From the NCBI GenBank assembly GCA_035251235.1, contig DATFEJ010000131.1:1-42688 (forward strand): a DNA stretch of 42,688 nt. The letters run 5' to 3'. The notes beneath the pieces are model-generated. The model was not told the DNA's origin. It was given only the letters and a program-made list of their open reading frames with translations, and did not search any database. Numbering within the stretch: position 1 is the stretch's first letter; every line of letters starts with the position of its first letter. This document shows, piece by piece, positions 8,202 to 16,771 of the stretch. The DNA is from Burkholderiales bacterium (GTDB taxonomy: Bacteria; Pseudomonadota; Gammaproteobacteria; Burkholderiales; SG8-39). Made by a program: the position numbers and the translations under genes.

Positions 8202-9161
8202 CTAGCGGGCGGACAGCTGCTTCGCCGCCCAGCCGAGATCGACGTTGCCCCCGGAAATCACCACCCCGACCTTCCTGCCCTTCGCATCCAGCTTGCCCGC
8301 CAGCAGCGCGCACGCGGCCAGCGCGCCGGTGGGCTCGACCACGATCTTCATGCGCTCCCAGAGAAAGAACATCCACCGCAGGAGCTCGTCATCGGTCACC
8401 GTGAGGAAATCGCTCACGTTCTTCTGGATGATGGAGAAGGTGAGCTTGCCGAGCGACATCGTGCGCGCGCCGTCGGCGATGGTGTCCGGCAGCGGCACGC
8501 TCTCGAGCTTTCCGGAGCGGAAGGAGCGCAGGCCGTCGTCGCCCGCCGCCGGCTCCACGCCGATGACGCGGCACTGCGGCGAAAGATGCTTTGCCGCGAT
8601 GGAGCAGCCCGACAGCAGCCCGCCGCCGCCGCACGGCACCATCAGGAGGTCGAGCGGCCCCGCTTCCTCGATCAGCTCCTTCGCCGCGGTGCCCTGGCCC
8701 GCGAGGATGTGCGGGTGATCGAATGGCGGGATCACCGTGAGGCCGCGCTCGGCGGCGAGCCGCTCTGCGATCTTCTGGCGGTCCTCGTTGCTCGCGTCGT
8801 AGAGCACGACCTCGGCGCCGTAGCCGCGCGTCGCCTCCAGCTTCACCTTCGGCGCGTCGGTCGGCATGACGATGGTGGCGGGCACGCCGAGCAGCTTGCC
8901 GGAGAGCGCCACTGCCTGCGCATGGTTGCCCGAGGAGAAGGCGACGACGCCTTGCTTCTTCTGCTCGGGCGAGAGCTGCGACAGCGCGTTGTAGGCCCCG
9001 CGGAACTTGAAGGCGCCCATGCGCTGGAAGTTCTCGCACTTGAAGTGCACCCTGGCGCCGGTGAGCGCGTCGACGGTGCTCGAGGTGAGCACCGGCGTGC
9101 GCTTGGCGAACGGCTTGATGCGCTCGTGCGCAGCGGCGACGTCGGCGTAGGTCACGTCCAT
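8202..9161 (-). CDS. PLP-dependent threonine/serine dehydratase family (threo-3-hydroxyaspartate ammonia-lyase / serine racemase-like)
   Basis: It has FKCENFQRMGAFKFRGAYN (PLP lysine motif), SSGNHAQA and GGGGLLSG. I chose the start at MDVTYADV (ATG 9161). Confidence 0.88.
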   Translation of the reverse strand: MDVTYADVAAAHERIKPFAKRTPVLTSSTVDALTGARVHFKCENFQRMGAFKFRGAYNALSQLSPEQKKQGVVAFSSGNHAQAVALSGKLLGVPATIVMPTDAPKVKLEATRGYGAEVVLYDASNEDRQKIAERLAAERGLTVIPPFDHPHILAGQGTAAKELIEEAGPLDLLMVPCGGGGLLSGCSIAAKHLSPQCRVIGVEPAAGDDGLRSFRSGKLESVPLPDTIADGARTMSLGKLTFSIIQKNVSDFLTVTDDELLRWMFFLWERMKIVVEPTGALAACALLAGKLDAKGRKVGVVISGGNVDLGWAAKQLSAR

Positions 9162-9201
9162 GTCGGCACGTATGTCGGGGTGATCATGCCCGGATTGTAG
9201 A

Positions 9202-10023
9202 ATGCCACGCATGGACTACTCCAAATACCAGGACCTGAACTGCCGGCTGATCGAGCCGGGCATCCTCGAGATCGTGATGGGCGACGAGGCGAGCGGCAAG
9301 CTCTCCACCGCCGGCCGGCGCATGCATGCCGAGCTCGCCGAGATCTGGCGCGACGTGGACCGCGACCCCGCGGTGCGCGTCGCCGTCCTGCGGGGCGCGG
9401 GCAAGGGCTTCTCGGCGGGCGGCGATTTCGGCCTGATCGAGGACATCATCCAGGATTTCGAGACGCGCGCGCGCGTCTGGCGCGAGGCGCGCGACCTCGT
9501 CTACAACATCATCAACTGCTCGAAGATCGTGGTCTCGGCGATGCATGGTCCCGCGGTAGGTGCGGGACTGGTGGCCGGGCTGCTTGCCGACATCTCCATC
9601 GCGGCGAAGAACGCGCGCATCATCGACGGCCACACGCGCCTGGGCGTCGCCGCGGGGGACCATGCGGCGATCGTCTGGCCGCTGCTGTGCGGCATGGCGA
9701 AGGCCAAGTACTACCTGCTCACCTGCGAGCAGGTGTCGGGCGAGGAGGCGGAGCGCATCGGCCTGGTGTCGCTTTGCTGCGAGGAAGCCGAGCTGCAGGC
9801 CAAGGCGCTGGAGGTGGCGCGCAAGATCGCGCTGGGCGCGCAGACGGCGCTGCGCTGGACCAAGTACAGCCTGAACAACTGGCTGCGCATGGCCGGCCCG
9901 ACGTTCGACGCTTCGCTCGCGCTGGAGATGCTGGGCTTCACCGGGCCAGAAGTGCGCGAGGGCGCCGCATCGCACCGCGAGAAGAGGAAGCCCGTCTTTC
10001 CGCCGGAGCCGAAGGACTTCTAG
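9202..10023 (+). CDS. Enoyl-CoA hydratase/isomerase (crotonase) family protein
   Basis: [14 protein letters not shown]...[10 protein letters not shown]...[13 protein letters not shown] are classic crotonase fold motifs. Confidence 0.9.
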   Translation: MPRMDYSKYQDLNCRLIEPGILEIVMGDEASGKLSTAGRRMHAELAEIWRDVDRDPAVRVAVLRGAGKGFSAGGDFGLIEDIIQDFETRARVWREARDLVYNIINCSKIVVSAMHGPAVGAGLVAGLLADISIAAKNARIIDGHTRLGVAAGDHAAIVWPLLCGMAKAKYYLLTCEQVSGEEAERIGLVSLCCEEAELQAKALEVARKIALGAQTALRWTKYSLNNWLRMAGPTFDASLALEMLGFTGPEVREGAASHREKRKPVFPPEPKDF

Positions 10024-10286
10024 GCGGCGAGCAGGCGCTCCAGGTCGCGCGCCACCACCGCCGGGTCGGGCGGCACGCGGCCCTGGGTGGTGAGCAGCAC
10101 GCGCACCGGCAGGTCGACCAGCGTGGGCTCGGGATGATCGCGCAGGTGCGCGAGGTTCTGCAGCATCGGCAGGATATGCTGGCTCTTGGTCCCGGCCATC
10201 GCGCTTTCCACCCCCTGGATGATCGCGTGCTGGGCGCGCGCGATGCCGATGAGAAGTTCGGCGAGCTGTTGCGCGGAAATTTCCAT
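10020..10286 (-). CDS. Hypothetical protein (88 aa)
   Basis: The internal ATG ([12 protein letters not shown]...) is preceded by GGGGGAGAA. The composition is non-repetitive and protein-like. I recognise no family. Confidence 0.45.
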   Translation of the reverse strand: MEISAQQLAELLIGIARAQHAIIQGVESAMAGTKSQHILPMLQNLAHLRDHPEPTLVDLPVRVLLTTQGRVPPDPAVVARDLERLLAA

Positions 10287-10336
10287 GGTGTTCTCCCCCT
10301 CGGCGGATGTCGCGCCGATGGTAGCATCGAGCATTG

Positions 10337-10849
10337 ATGCTGCGTCGCCCGGTTGCCGCCCTCGCCCTGGTCGTCGCCGGCGCGGCAACGGGCCTGGCGC
10401 TGCACCTTGCTACCGTGCAGGGGGACACGATGTTTGCCGGAAAGCGGCCCACCTATCTCGGCGTCAAGGACGGACGCCTGCCGCGACCGCGGAGCACGCC
10501 CAACTGCGTGTCGAGCCAGGCCGATCCTGCTGACAAGGTGCATTACATCGAGCCGATCCGCTTCGAGGGCACGGCGCCCGAGGCGTTGGCCATGGCGCGC
10601 AAGGCCGTGGAGGGCATGCCGCGTGCCACCGTCATCCGGCACGAGGGCAACTACCTCTACGCGGAATTCCGCTCCAGGGTGATGGGCTTCGTCGACGACG
10701 TGGAGTTCACCTACGACGAGAAGGCGCAGGCGCTGCACGTGCGCTCGTCCTCGCGGCTCGGGCGCCGCGACTTCGGGGTCAATCGCAAGCGCGTCGAGGC
10801 CTTGCGCTCGCGCATCGAAGGCCAGCGCAAGGCCCAGGCGCGCCGGTGA
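10337..10849 (+). CDS. DUF1499 domain-containing protein
   Basis: An N-terminal TM/signal segment is followed by ...PNCVSSQA...YIEP...EFRSRVMGFVDDVEF...VRSSSRLGRRDFGVNRKRVE, which is the DUF1499 signature. The stop overlaps the next start (GTGA). Confidence 0.8.
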   Translation: MLRRPVAALALVVAGAATGLALHLATVQGDTMFAGKRPTYLGVKDGRLPRPRSTPNCVSSQADPADKVHYIEPIRFEGTAPEALAMARKAVEGMPRATVIRHEGNYLYAEFRSRVMGFVDDVEFTYDEKAQALHVRSSSRLGRRDFGVNRKRVEALRSRIEGQRKAQARR

Positions 10850-11844
10850 CGACCATGGCCAACGCGTTGCGCATCCTGCTCGTCGCGCTCGGATTGTGCG
10901 CGGGGCCAGCGGCGGCGCAGCGCCCGTCCGACGCCGAGGTGCAGGCCACGCTTTCCGCGGTGGTGCACGTGCAGTCCCGGATCCTTCCCGACGCGCGCAC
11001 CGCGCAGTCGCTGGGCATGCGCCGCGAAGGGACGGGCATCCTGGTGCGCGAGGGCTACGTGCTCACCATCGGCTATCTGGTCATCGAAGCCGAGTCGGTC
11101 GAGGTCACCTCCGCCAGCGGCGCCACGGTGCCCGCGTCGCTCGCCGCCTACGATCATGCGAGCGGCTTCGGGCTGCTCAAGCTGGCCGCGCCGCTCGCCG
11201 GCAAGCCGTTGCCGCTGGGTGATGCGTCGGCGCTTGCCGAGCGCGACGCCGCGATGGTGGTCGGTTACGGCGGCCGCGATGCGCTCAATCTCGTGTACGT
11301 CGTGTCGCGCCGCGCGTTCGCGGGCAGCTGGGAGTACCTGCTCGACTCCGCGATCTTCACGTATCCGCCGGTGCAGAGCTGGTCCGGTGCCGCGCTGATC
11401 AGCGCGCGCGGCGAGCTGCTCGGCGTGGGTTCGCTCATCGTGCCGGACGCCGGCGGCCCGGGCACGCAGACGCCGGGCAACCTGTTCGTGCCGGTCGACC
11501 TGCTCAAGCCCGCGCTCGACGACCTGATCGCCCACGGTCGCGCCGCTGGTCCGATCCGTCCCTGGCTCGGCCTGAACGCGGAGGAGCTGCGCGGACGGCT
11601 GTACGTCTCGCGGGTCTCGCCGGAGGGGCCCGCCGACCGTGCGGGACTGCGCAGCGGGGATCTCCTGCTCGCCGTGGGCGGCGAGGATGTCGGCTCGCTC
11701 GCCGATTTCTATCGCAAGCTGTGGGCGCGCGGCGCTGCGGGCACCGAGATTCCCCTGCGCGTGCTGCAGGGATCGCAGACAAAGGAGTTGCGCGTGCGCT
11801 CGATCGACCGGCTCGAGTACCTGCGCCGCAAGCCGAGCTATTGA
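10846..11844 (+). CDS. S1C (HtrA/DegP-like) trypsin-fold + PDZ protein, catalytic triad apparently degenerate
   Basis: It has a signal peptide, a trypsin-like core (GTGILVREGYVLTIGYLV...SGFGLLKL...SWSGAALIS) and a C-terminal PDZ (LYVSRVSPEGPADRAGLRSGDLLLAVGG). The start is GTG 10846 or ATG 10855. Confidence 0.8.
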   Translation: MTTMANALRILLVALGLCAGPAAAQRPSDAEVQATLSAVVHVQSRILPDARTAQSLGMRREGTGILVREGYVLTIGYLVIEAESVEVTSASGATVPASLAAYDHASGFGLLKLAAPLAGKPLPLGDASALAERDAAMVVGYGGRDALNLVYVVSRRAFAGSWEYLLDSAIFTYPPVQSWSGAALISARGELLGVGSLIVPDAGGPGTQTPGNLFVPVDLLKPALDDLIAHGRAAGPIRPWLGLNAEELRGRLYVSRVSPEGPADRAGLRSGDLLLAVGGEDVGSLADFYRKLWARGAAGTEIPLRVLQGSQTKELRVRSIDRLEYLRRKPSY

Positions 11845-12734
11845 TGTCCCCGGGGCGGCGGGACGCGGCGCAGCTGCGCGTCCTGGCCCGCGCGCGCCAC
11901 GACCAGCGCGTAACGCGCGTTCTGCTGCATCGCCTGCAGGTAGAGATTCTGTCCGCCGAAGTGCCGCGCGGCGAAGTCGTAGGCGCGCGCGAGCTGCAGG
12001 TCCAGCCGCTGCGTCGCGACCATGCAGAAGGCGTGCGTGCGCCGCACCAGGTCGATGCCCGAGCGCGCCAGCCGGCCCGCGAGCCCACCGGCGACGAGCT
12101 CCGGGTAGAGGCGGTCGCGGCGCTTCTCCAGGTAGCAGCGGTCCGACATCTGCGCGATCAGGTCCGCGGTGCCCAGCATCTGGCCCACGCGGCGCAGCAG
12201 CGTATCGTCGACGCGGATCGATTCGGCGCGGCGCTCGTGCCCGGTGTAGTGCACCAGCGCCGCCGCATCGTCGGCATGCTGCGCAAAGCCCGCCACGCGC
12301 AGGTACGCGCGCAGGAACGTCGCGCTCCTGCTCACGCGGGACAGGGTGTAGCGCGCGCCATGCCCGTGGCGGCGGTCGCTGCGGCGCCGCAAGTAGCCGA
12401 CGTCGTGGAACAGCGCGCTCAGCACGCCGACATGGAAGGCCGCGGGGGGCAGCTGCGCGCACCCCCGGCGGCCGCGCTCGTAGCCGTCCATCAGGCGCGC
12501 CATGGCGAGCGTCGCGTCGAGCACATGCTGCAGGTCGTGGAACTCGGTGTCGCAGGCATGGAAGGCGGGGTGCCGGCCCTGGTAGAGCTGCACCGCGTGG
12601 TCGAATCCCTGCTGCAGGGGATCGGCGGGCGCGCCCGGATACAAGGCGCGATAGATGCGCAGGACCTCCGTGCCGACCGCGCTCGCATCGGTCGTCCGTA
12701 CGGTATCGGTCACATCGTGATCGTTGCGGCGCAT
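11838..12734 (-). CDS. HD-domain metal-dependent phosphohydrolase
   Basis: The H...HD...D pattern is present: TEFHDLQHVLD ... SALFHDVGYL ... GTADLIAQMSD. Confidence 0.75.
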   Translation of the reverse strand: MRRNDHDVTDTVRTTDASAVGTEVLRIYRALYPGAPADPLQQGFDHAVQLYQGRHPAFHACDTEFHDLQHVLDATLAMARLMDGYERGRRGCAQLPPAAFHVGVLSALFHDVGYLRRRSDRRHGHGARYTLSRVSRSATFLRAYLRVAGFAQHADDAAALVHYTGHERRAESIRVDDTLLRRVGQMLGTADLIAQMSDRCYLEKRRDRLYPELVAGGLAGRLARSGIDLVRRTHAFCMVATQRLDLQLARAYDFAARHFGGQNLYLQAMQQNARYALVVARAGQDAQLRRVPPPRGHQ

Positions 12735-12898
12735 CGCTTGCCCGACCCCCTATGCGCACCTGCGCGGAGGCGCTAGGATGCTCGGCACCGGCCCATGGAT
12801 GCGGTGAACTTTTTCACGGCCCGCGGCAAAGGCGGGCAAGCGATCGTCATCCGGCGCGGGTGGTGCCGGCACGGGGCAGGGCGGGCCGCGTGAGCAAC

Positions 12899-13111
12899 AT
12901 GCCGTTGACTGCCGAGGAGCGCGCGCAGATCGAGGCGCGCATCGAGGTCCTGGAAACCGAGCACCGCGACCTGGACGACGTCATCGCGCGCCTGGCCGCC
13001 GATCCGACGCAGGATCAGTTGCAGCTGCGGCGCATGAAGAAGAAGAAGCTCCTGCTGAAGGATCTGATCGCGCGGCTGCGCGACCGTCTGATTCCCGACA
13101 TCGTCGCGTGA
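12899..13111 (+). CDS. DUF465 (YdcH-like) small protein
   Basis: It reads [32 protein letters not shown]...[20 protein letters not shown], the characteristic DUF465 pattern. This is the tail of an artefactual 490-aa ORF. The stop overlaps the dtd start (GTGA). Confidence 0.8.
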   Translation: MPLTAEERAQIEARIEVLETEHRDLDDVIARLAADPTQDQLQLRRMKKKKLLLKDLIARLRDRLIPDIVA

Positions 13112-13563
13112 TTGCCCTGTTGCAGCGCGTCGCCGAGGCGCATGTGGCTGTCGCCGGCGAGGAGGTGGCGCGCATTGGCCACGGGATGCTGGCGCTGGTC
13201 GGGGTCGAGCGCGGCGACTCGCCGCGCGAGGCCGAGCGGCTCGCCGAACGGGTGCTCGGCTACCGCATCTTCGCCGACGCCGAGGGCCGCATGAACCTCG
13301 CGCTGGCGGATGTCGGCGGCGCGCTGCTCGCGGTGCCGCAGTTCACGCTCGCCGCGGACACGCGCAGCGGTACGCGGCCCGGCTTTTCCACCGCGGCGGT
13401 CCCGGAGGCGGGCCGCGCCCTGTTCGATGCGTTCGTGCACGCCTGCCGTGCGCGGCAGGCGGAGGTCGCCTGCGGGCGGTTCGGTGCCGACATGCAGGTC
13501 AGTCTCGTGAACGACGGGCCCGTGACTTTCTGGCTGCAGGTTTCTCCGCGTCCCGCGTCTTGA
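13108..13563 (+). CDS. dtd: D-aminoacyl-tRNA deacylase
   Basis: [13 protein letters not shown]...GMLALVGV...VLGYRIF...MNLAL...LAVPQFTL...G.RPGF...[19 protein letters not shown] is canonical Dtd. Confidence 0.92.
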   Translation: MIALLQRVAEAHVAVAGEEVARIGHGMLALVGVERGDSPREAERLAERVLGYRIFADAEGRMNLALADVGGALLAVPQFTLAADTRSGTRPGFSTAAVPEAGRALFDAFVHACRARQAEVACGRFGADMQVSLVNDGPVTFWLQVSPRPAS

Positions 13564-13918
13564 AGTCCGCCGGCGCGACCACCTCGATCATCTCCAGGTC
13601 CGGCGAGTGGCGGATCTCGCGGTGGCGGATGTTGGGCGGCTGGTAGAAGCAGGTGCCCGCCTTCATGCGCACGCGGCCGACGCCCTCGTACTCGAACACC
13701 GCCCAGCCCTTCAGCACGTAGACGAACTGCACCCGGCAGTCGTGCCGGTGCCACTGGCCGTGCGGCGCCTTGCCGCGCCGCGCGCGGATGACATGCGCGA
13801 CGACCTTGCCGCGCGTCGCCCGGCGGATGCCGAGATCGCGGTACTCGAAGTAGCTGCGCAGGCCGCGACGGGCGAACTTCGCGCGCGCCCGGTGGCTGAC
13901 CATGAAGCCGTGTTTCAT
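13499..13918 (-). CDS. Cupin domain-containing protein
   Basis: [23 protein letters not shown]...[15 protein letters not shown] are cupin motifs 1 and 2. The 3' end overlaps dtd convergently by 65 nt. Confidence 0.75.
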   Translation of the reverse strand: MKHGFMVSHRARAKFARRGLRSYFEYRDLGIRRATRGKVVAHVIRARRGKAPHGQWHRHDCRVQFVYVLKGWAVFEYEGVGRVRMKAGTCFYQPPNIRHREIRHSPDLEMIEVVAPADFKTRDAEKPAARKSRARRSRD

Positions 13919-13952
13919 GCGACGTTCCTCCCCGGATGGCTTGCCGGCGGCC

Positions 13953-16658
13953 TCAACGATACTCCGGCTGCACGCGCGTCAGGTAGTCCTCGAGCTGCGC
14001 CGCCAGGCCGCTGACGGCGGCGGCATCTTCGCGCTTGGATCGCTCCTCGATGGCCTTGCCGATGCGCGTGATCTCGTCGAATCCATAGCTGCCGCCGACG
14101 CCGCTCAGCGAATGCCCGATGGCGCGCGTGGCGGAGAAGTCGCCACCGTCCAGCGCCGAGCGCAAGCGCAGTACGTCGCGCCCGCAGTTGGAAAGAAAGC
14201 GCACGGCGAGCGCGCGCAGGCGAGCGTCCACGGTGACGCGGATCGCGTTCGCGCCGGCGGCCGGCGCGGGCGGCGCGGCGCCCTCGGACAGCGGCGCCAG
14301 CAACTCGCGCAGGCGTTCCGGGGAAACGGGCTTGCTGATCACATCGTCGCAGCCCTCGATCAATGCCCGCTCGACGGGAGCCCCGGCCTGGTGCGCCGTG
14401 AAGCCGATCACCGGGCGCGTGTAGCCGCGCTCGCGCAGCACGCGCACCGTCTCGTAGCCGTCCATGAACGGCATGTCCATGTCGAGCAGCACCACGGTGT
14501 AGGGCTCGGCGAGGGCTGCCTCGATCGCCTCGAGCCCGTCGCCGACGGCCTTGCAGGCGAAGCCGATGTCCGCGAGCTGCGCCTGCACCAGGTCGCGCAG
14601 GTCGGCATTGTCGTCGGCGAGCAGCACGCGGCCGGAAAGCCTGGCGGGTGCCGGCGCGGGGGCCGGGGCGGGTGCCGCCGCGGGTGCCGGAAGCCGCGCC
14701 TCGGGGGCCGGGATGCGCACCTCGAAGCTCGAGCCCACGCCCACCTGCGAGCGCGCGTGCAGCGCGCCGCCCATCAGCTCGACCAGCCTCTTGGTAATCG
14801 ACAACCCCAGTCCCGTTCCCGCGGCCGTCACGCCGGGCGCGCGCTGGAAGGGGACGAAGATGCGCTCCAGGCTGTCGGCGGGAATGCCCGGGCCGGTGTC
14901 GCGCACTTCGCAGCGCAGCTCGCCGTCGCGCCAGGTGGCCGTCAGCGTCACCGTCCCCGCGGCCGTGAACTTGATCGCGTTGCCCAGCAGATTGATGAGC
15001 ACCTGGCGCACGCGGAACGCGTCGAGCATGAGCGCCACGGGCACCTCGGCGGCCACGTCCTGCTCCAGCGCGAGCTGCTTCTCGTGCGCCATCACCCGCA
15101 GGGTGGCCACGACGTCCTCGATCAGCGCGCGCGCCTCGTGCGGCGTGCGGTTGAACGTGAACTGGCCCGCTTCCATGCGCGCCAGATCGAGGTTGTTGTT
15201 GACCAGCGCCAGCAGGTGCTCGCAATTGCGCGCGATGATGCCGCTGTGGCGCAGGCGCTGCTCCTTGCCGATGTCGTCGCCGTACAGGTTGAACTTGTTG
15301 AACCCCATGATCGCCGTGATCGGCGTGCGCAGCTCGTGCGTCATGTGGTTGAGGAACTCGGTCTTCAGGCGCGTGGCTTCCAGGGCGGCGGCCTTCTCGT
15401 AGTGCAGGCGCTGCCTTTCCTGGTGGAGCGCGAACAGCCAGGCGGCGAGCGCCGCGGCGTATGCGCCCAGTCCCGCGACGGCCGCGAACAGCCAATGCGA
15501 CTGCTGGGCAGCCATTGCCAGGCCGAGGACGGCGCCGATCAGCACGAGCGCCAGGGCGCCCAGCCCGAGGGCGAAGTCCCGCGGCGGCGGAGCGGCGCCG
15601 CGGAACGCCAATCCTGCGGGCAGCGCGAGCGCGATCAGCACGAGCAACGCGTTTAGCCACGCCCGCGGCGGGCCCAGTACCTTGCCGGCGCGCAGGCTCT
15701 CTACGATGAGCGCGTTGACGTACAGGCCCGGCAAGCGCCCGACCGGCGTCTGCGCGAAGTCGCCGAGCACGGCGCTCGAGCTGCCGACGAGGACGATGCG
15801 ATCGCGCACCAGGTCGGCGACATGCGCGGTCCCCGCGGCGCCGTCCGCGGCATCCACGATCTGATGGAAGGGGATGACGGACAGCGCGGAGAGGTTGGCG
15901 GGAAGGCGCGGCGCGATGCTGCCGTCATCGGCCATCGGCCAGGACAGGTCGCCGGCGTGCAGGCGAGCGCCGACGATCCGCAATTGCCGGCTGGGCTCCG
16001 CCGCCAGCAGCGCCGCGACGGAAAATGCGGGCAGGACCCTGCCATAGGCAAGGTGCAGCGGCCTGACGCGCCGCACGACGCCATCGTCGTCGGCCGCCGT
16101 GCTGAAGACCGCCACGCGCGCTCCGGAGTCGCGCGTCAGTTGCGCGAGCGGCAGCGTCAGGTCGTTCCAGGCGTATGCGTGTGCGGCGACGTCCGGGGCG
16201 GCCGAAGCTTCCAGCGGCGCCACGGCGGCAAGATGCTCCAGGTACTGCCGGGATCGCACGTAGGGATACGGCAAGGCTGCGGCCGCCAGCACGCCGCGCC
16301 GGTCGAGCGCGGCGGCGAAGGCATCGTCGCCTTCGCGCGGCTCGGCGAACAGGATGTCGTAGGCGACGGCGCGCGCGCCGCTTCCTGCGAGAAAGCGGTG
16401 CGCCTTGGCATAGACGTCGCGGCCATACGGCCAGGCGCCGATTTTCGGCTGCAGATGCTGCATCGATGCTTCGTCGACGTCCACCACCACGACGCCGTCG
16501 AGCGGCAACGCGGCGGCAAGCCGCCGCTGCAGCGCATCATCGACCCACCAAGACAGGCGCGGGAAGAGATCGGAGTAAGCGAACAGGGTCGCCAGCGCCA
16601 GCCCGGCGGCGGCCACGGCCAGCACGCGCACCCAAGGCAGGTAGGAACGCGATTGCAC
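13953..16658 (-). CDS. CHASE2-domain hybrid sensor histidine kinase (CHASE2-TM-HisKA-HATPase-REC-Hpt)
   Basis: The N-terminal TM is followed by VVVVDVDEASM...WPYGRDVYA...AYDILFAEP (CHASE2), then three C-proximal TM helices. The kinase core has the H-box HELRTPITAIMGF, N-box LINLLGNAIKFT, and G-boxes DTGPGIP and GTGLGLSI. A Pro-Ala linker leads to the REC domain (VLLADDN...LLDMDMPFMDG...KP) and an Hpt domain (HSLSGVGGSYG). The start is GTG. Confidence 0.9.
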   Translation of the reverse strand: MQSRSYLPWVRVLAVAAAGLALATLFAYSDLFPRLSWWVDDALQRRLAAALPLDGVVVVDVDEASMQHLQPKIGAWPYGRDVYAKAHRFLAGSGARAVAYDILFAEPREGDDAFAAALDRRGVLAAAALPYPYVRSRQYLEHLAAVAPLEASAAPDVAAHAYAWNDLTLPLAQLTRDSGARVAVFSTAADDDGVVRRVRPLHLAYGRVLPAFSVAALLAAEPSRQLRIVGARLHAGDLSWPMADDGSIAPRLPANLSALSVIPFHQIVDAADGAAGTAHVADLVRDRIVLVGSSSAVLGDFAQTPVGRLPGLYVNALIVESLRAGKVLGPPRAWLNALLVLIALALPAGLAFRGAAPPPRDFALGLGALALVLIGAVLGLAMAAQQSHWLFAAVAGLGAYAAALAAWLFALHQERQRLHYEKAAALEATRLKTEFLNHMTHELRTPITAIMGFNKFNLYGDDIGKEQRLRHSGIIARNCEHLLALVNNNLDLARMEAGQFTFNRTPHEARALIEDVVATLRVMAHEKQLALEQDVAAEVPVALMLDAFRVRQVLINLLGNAIKFTAAGTVTLTATWRDGELRCEVRDTGPGIPADSLERIFVPFQRAPGVTAAGTGLGLSITKRLVELMGGALHARSQVGVGSSFEVRIPAPEARLPAPAAAPAPAPAPAPARLSGRVLLADDNADLRDLVQAQLADIGFACKAVGDGLEAIEAALAEPYTVVLLDMDMPFMDGYETVRVLRERGYTRPVIGFTAHQAGAPVERALIEGCDDVISKPVSPERLRELLAPLSEGAAPPAPAAGANAIRVTVDARLRALAVRFLSNCGRDVLRLRSALDGGDFSATRAIGHSLSGVGGSYGFDEITRIGKAIEERSKREDAAAVSGLAAQLEDYLTRVQPEYR

Positions 16659-16771
16659 ACTGTCCTATCGGGGCATAGTGAGCGACAATTCTAGAGGAAT
16701 TCCTCAGCGCGGCCGTCCGCCCCGGGGGCGTCGGCGATGGCTGCCCAACGGCGCCGGGATTCAACACACTC

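Noticed and set aside
3600-9200. 1866-aa ORF on the plus strand, the longest in the track
   Set aside because: The translation is Arg/Ala/Gly-rich low-complexity sequence with no recognisable domain. It runs antisense or out of frame across five well-supported genes (qor, GGDEF cyclase, Omp85, dehydratase). This is a typical stop-codon-poor artefact of about 70% GC DNA.
13499-13563. 65-nt convergent overlap of dtd and the cupin gene (also 2974-3005, 41548-41585 and 35074-35113), which could signal a frameshift or pseudogene
   Set aside because: Both partners in each pair have complete, motif-bearing reading frames. Extended C-terminal tails and overlaps are common in stop-poor high-GC genomes. 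There is no evidence of disruption.
14640-14700. GC-rich short tandem-like repeat (gccggggc/gggtgccg units)
   Set aside because: It encodes an in-frame Pro-Ala interdomain linker (PAPAAAPAPAPAPAPA) of the hybrid kinase. It is not an independent DNA repeat element or a CRISPR-like array.
13902-15660. 584-aa (+) and 581-aa (-) ORFs overlapping the histidine kinase
   Set aside because: They are alternative frames of the CHASE2 kinase gene. They are Arg/Gly/Ala-rich with no motifs. The 901-aa frame carries all the kinase, REC and Hpt signatures.
16687-16706. Adjacent XbaI-like (TCTAGA) and EcoRI (GAATTC) sites that look like a cloning polylinker
   Set aside because: These are two short 6-mers in a native-looking intergenic region. 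There is no flanking vector sequence and no change of composition, so this is most likely coincidence. It is kept only as a possible small operator dyad.
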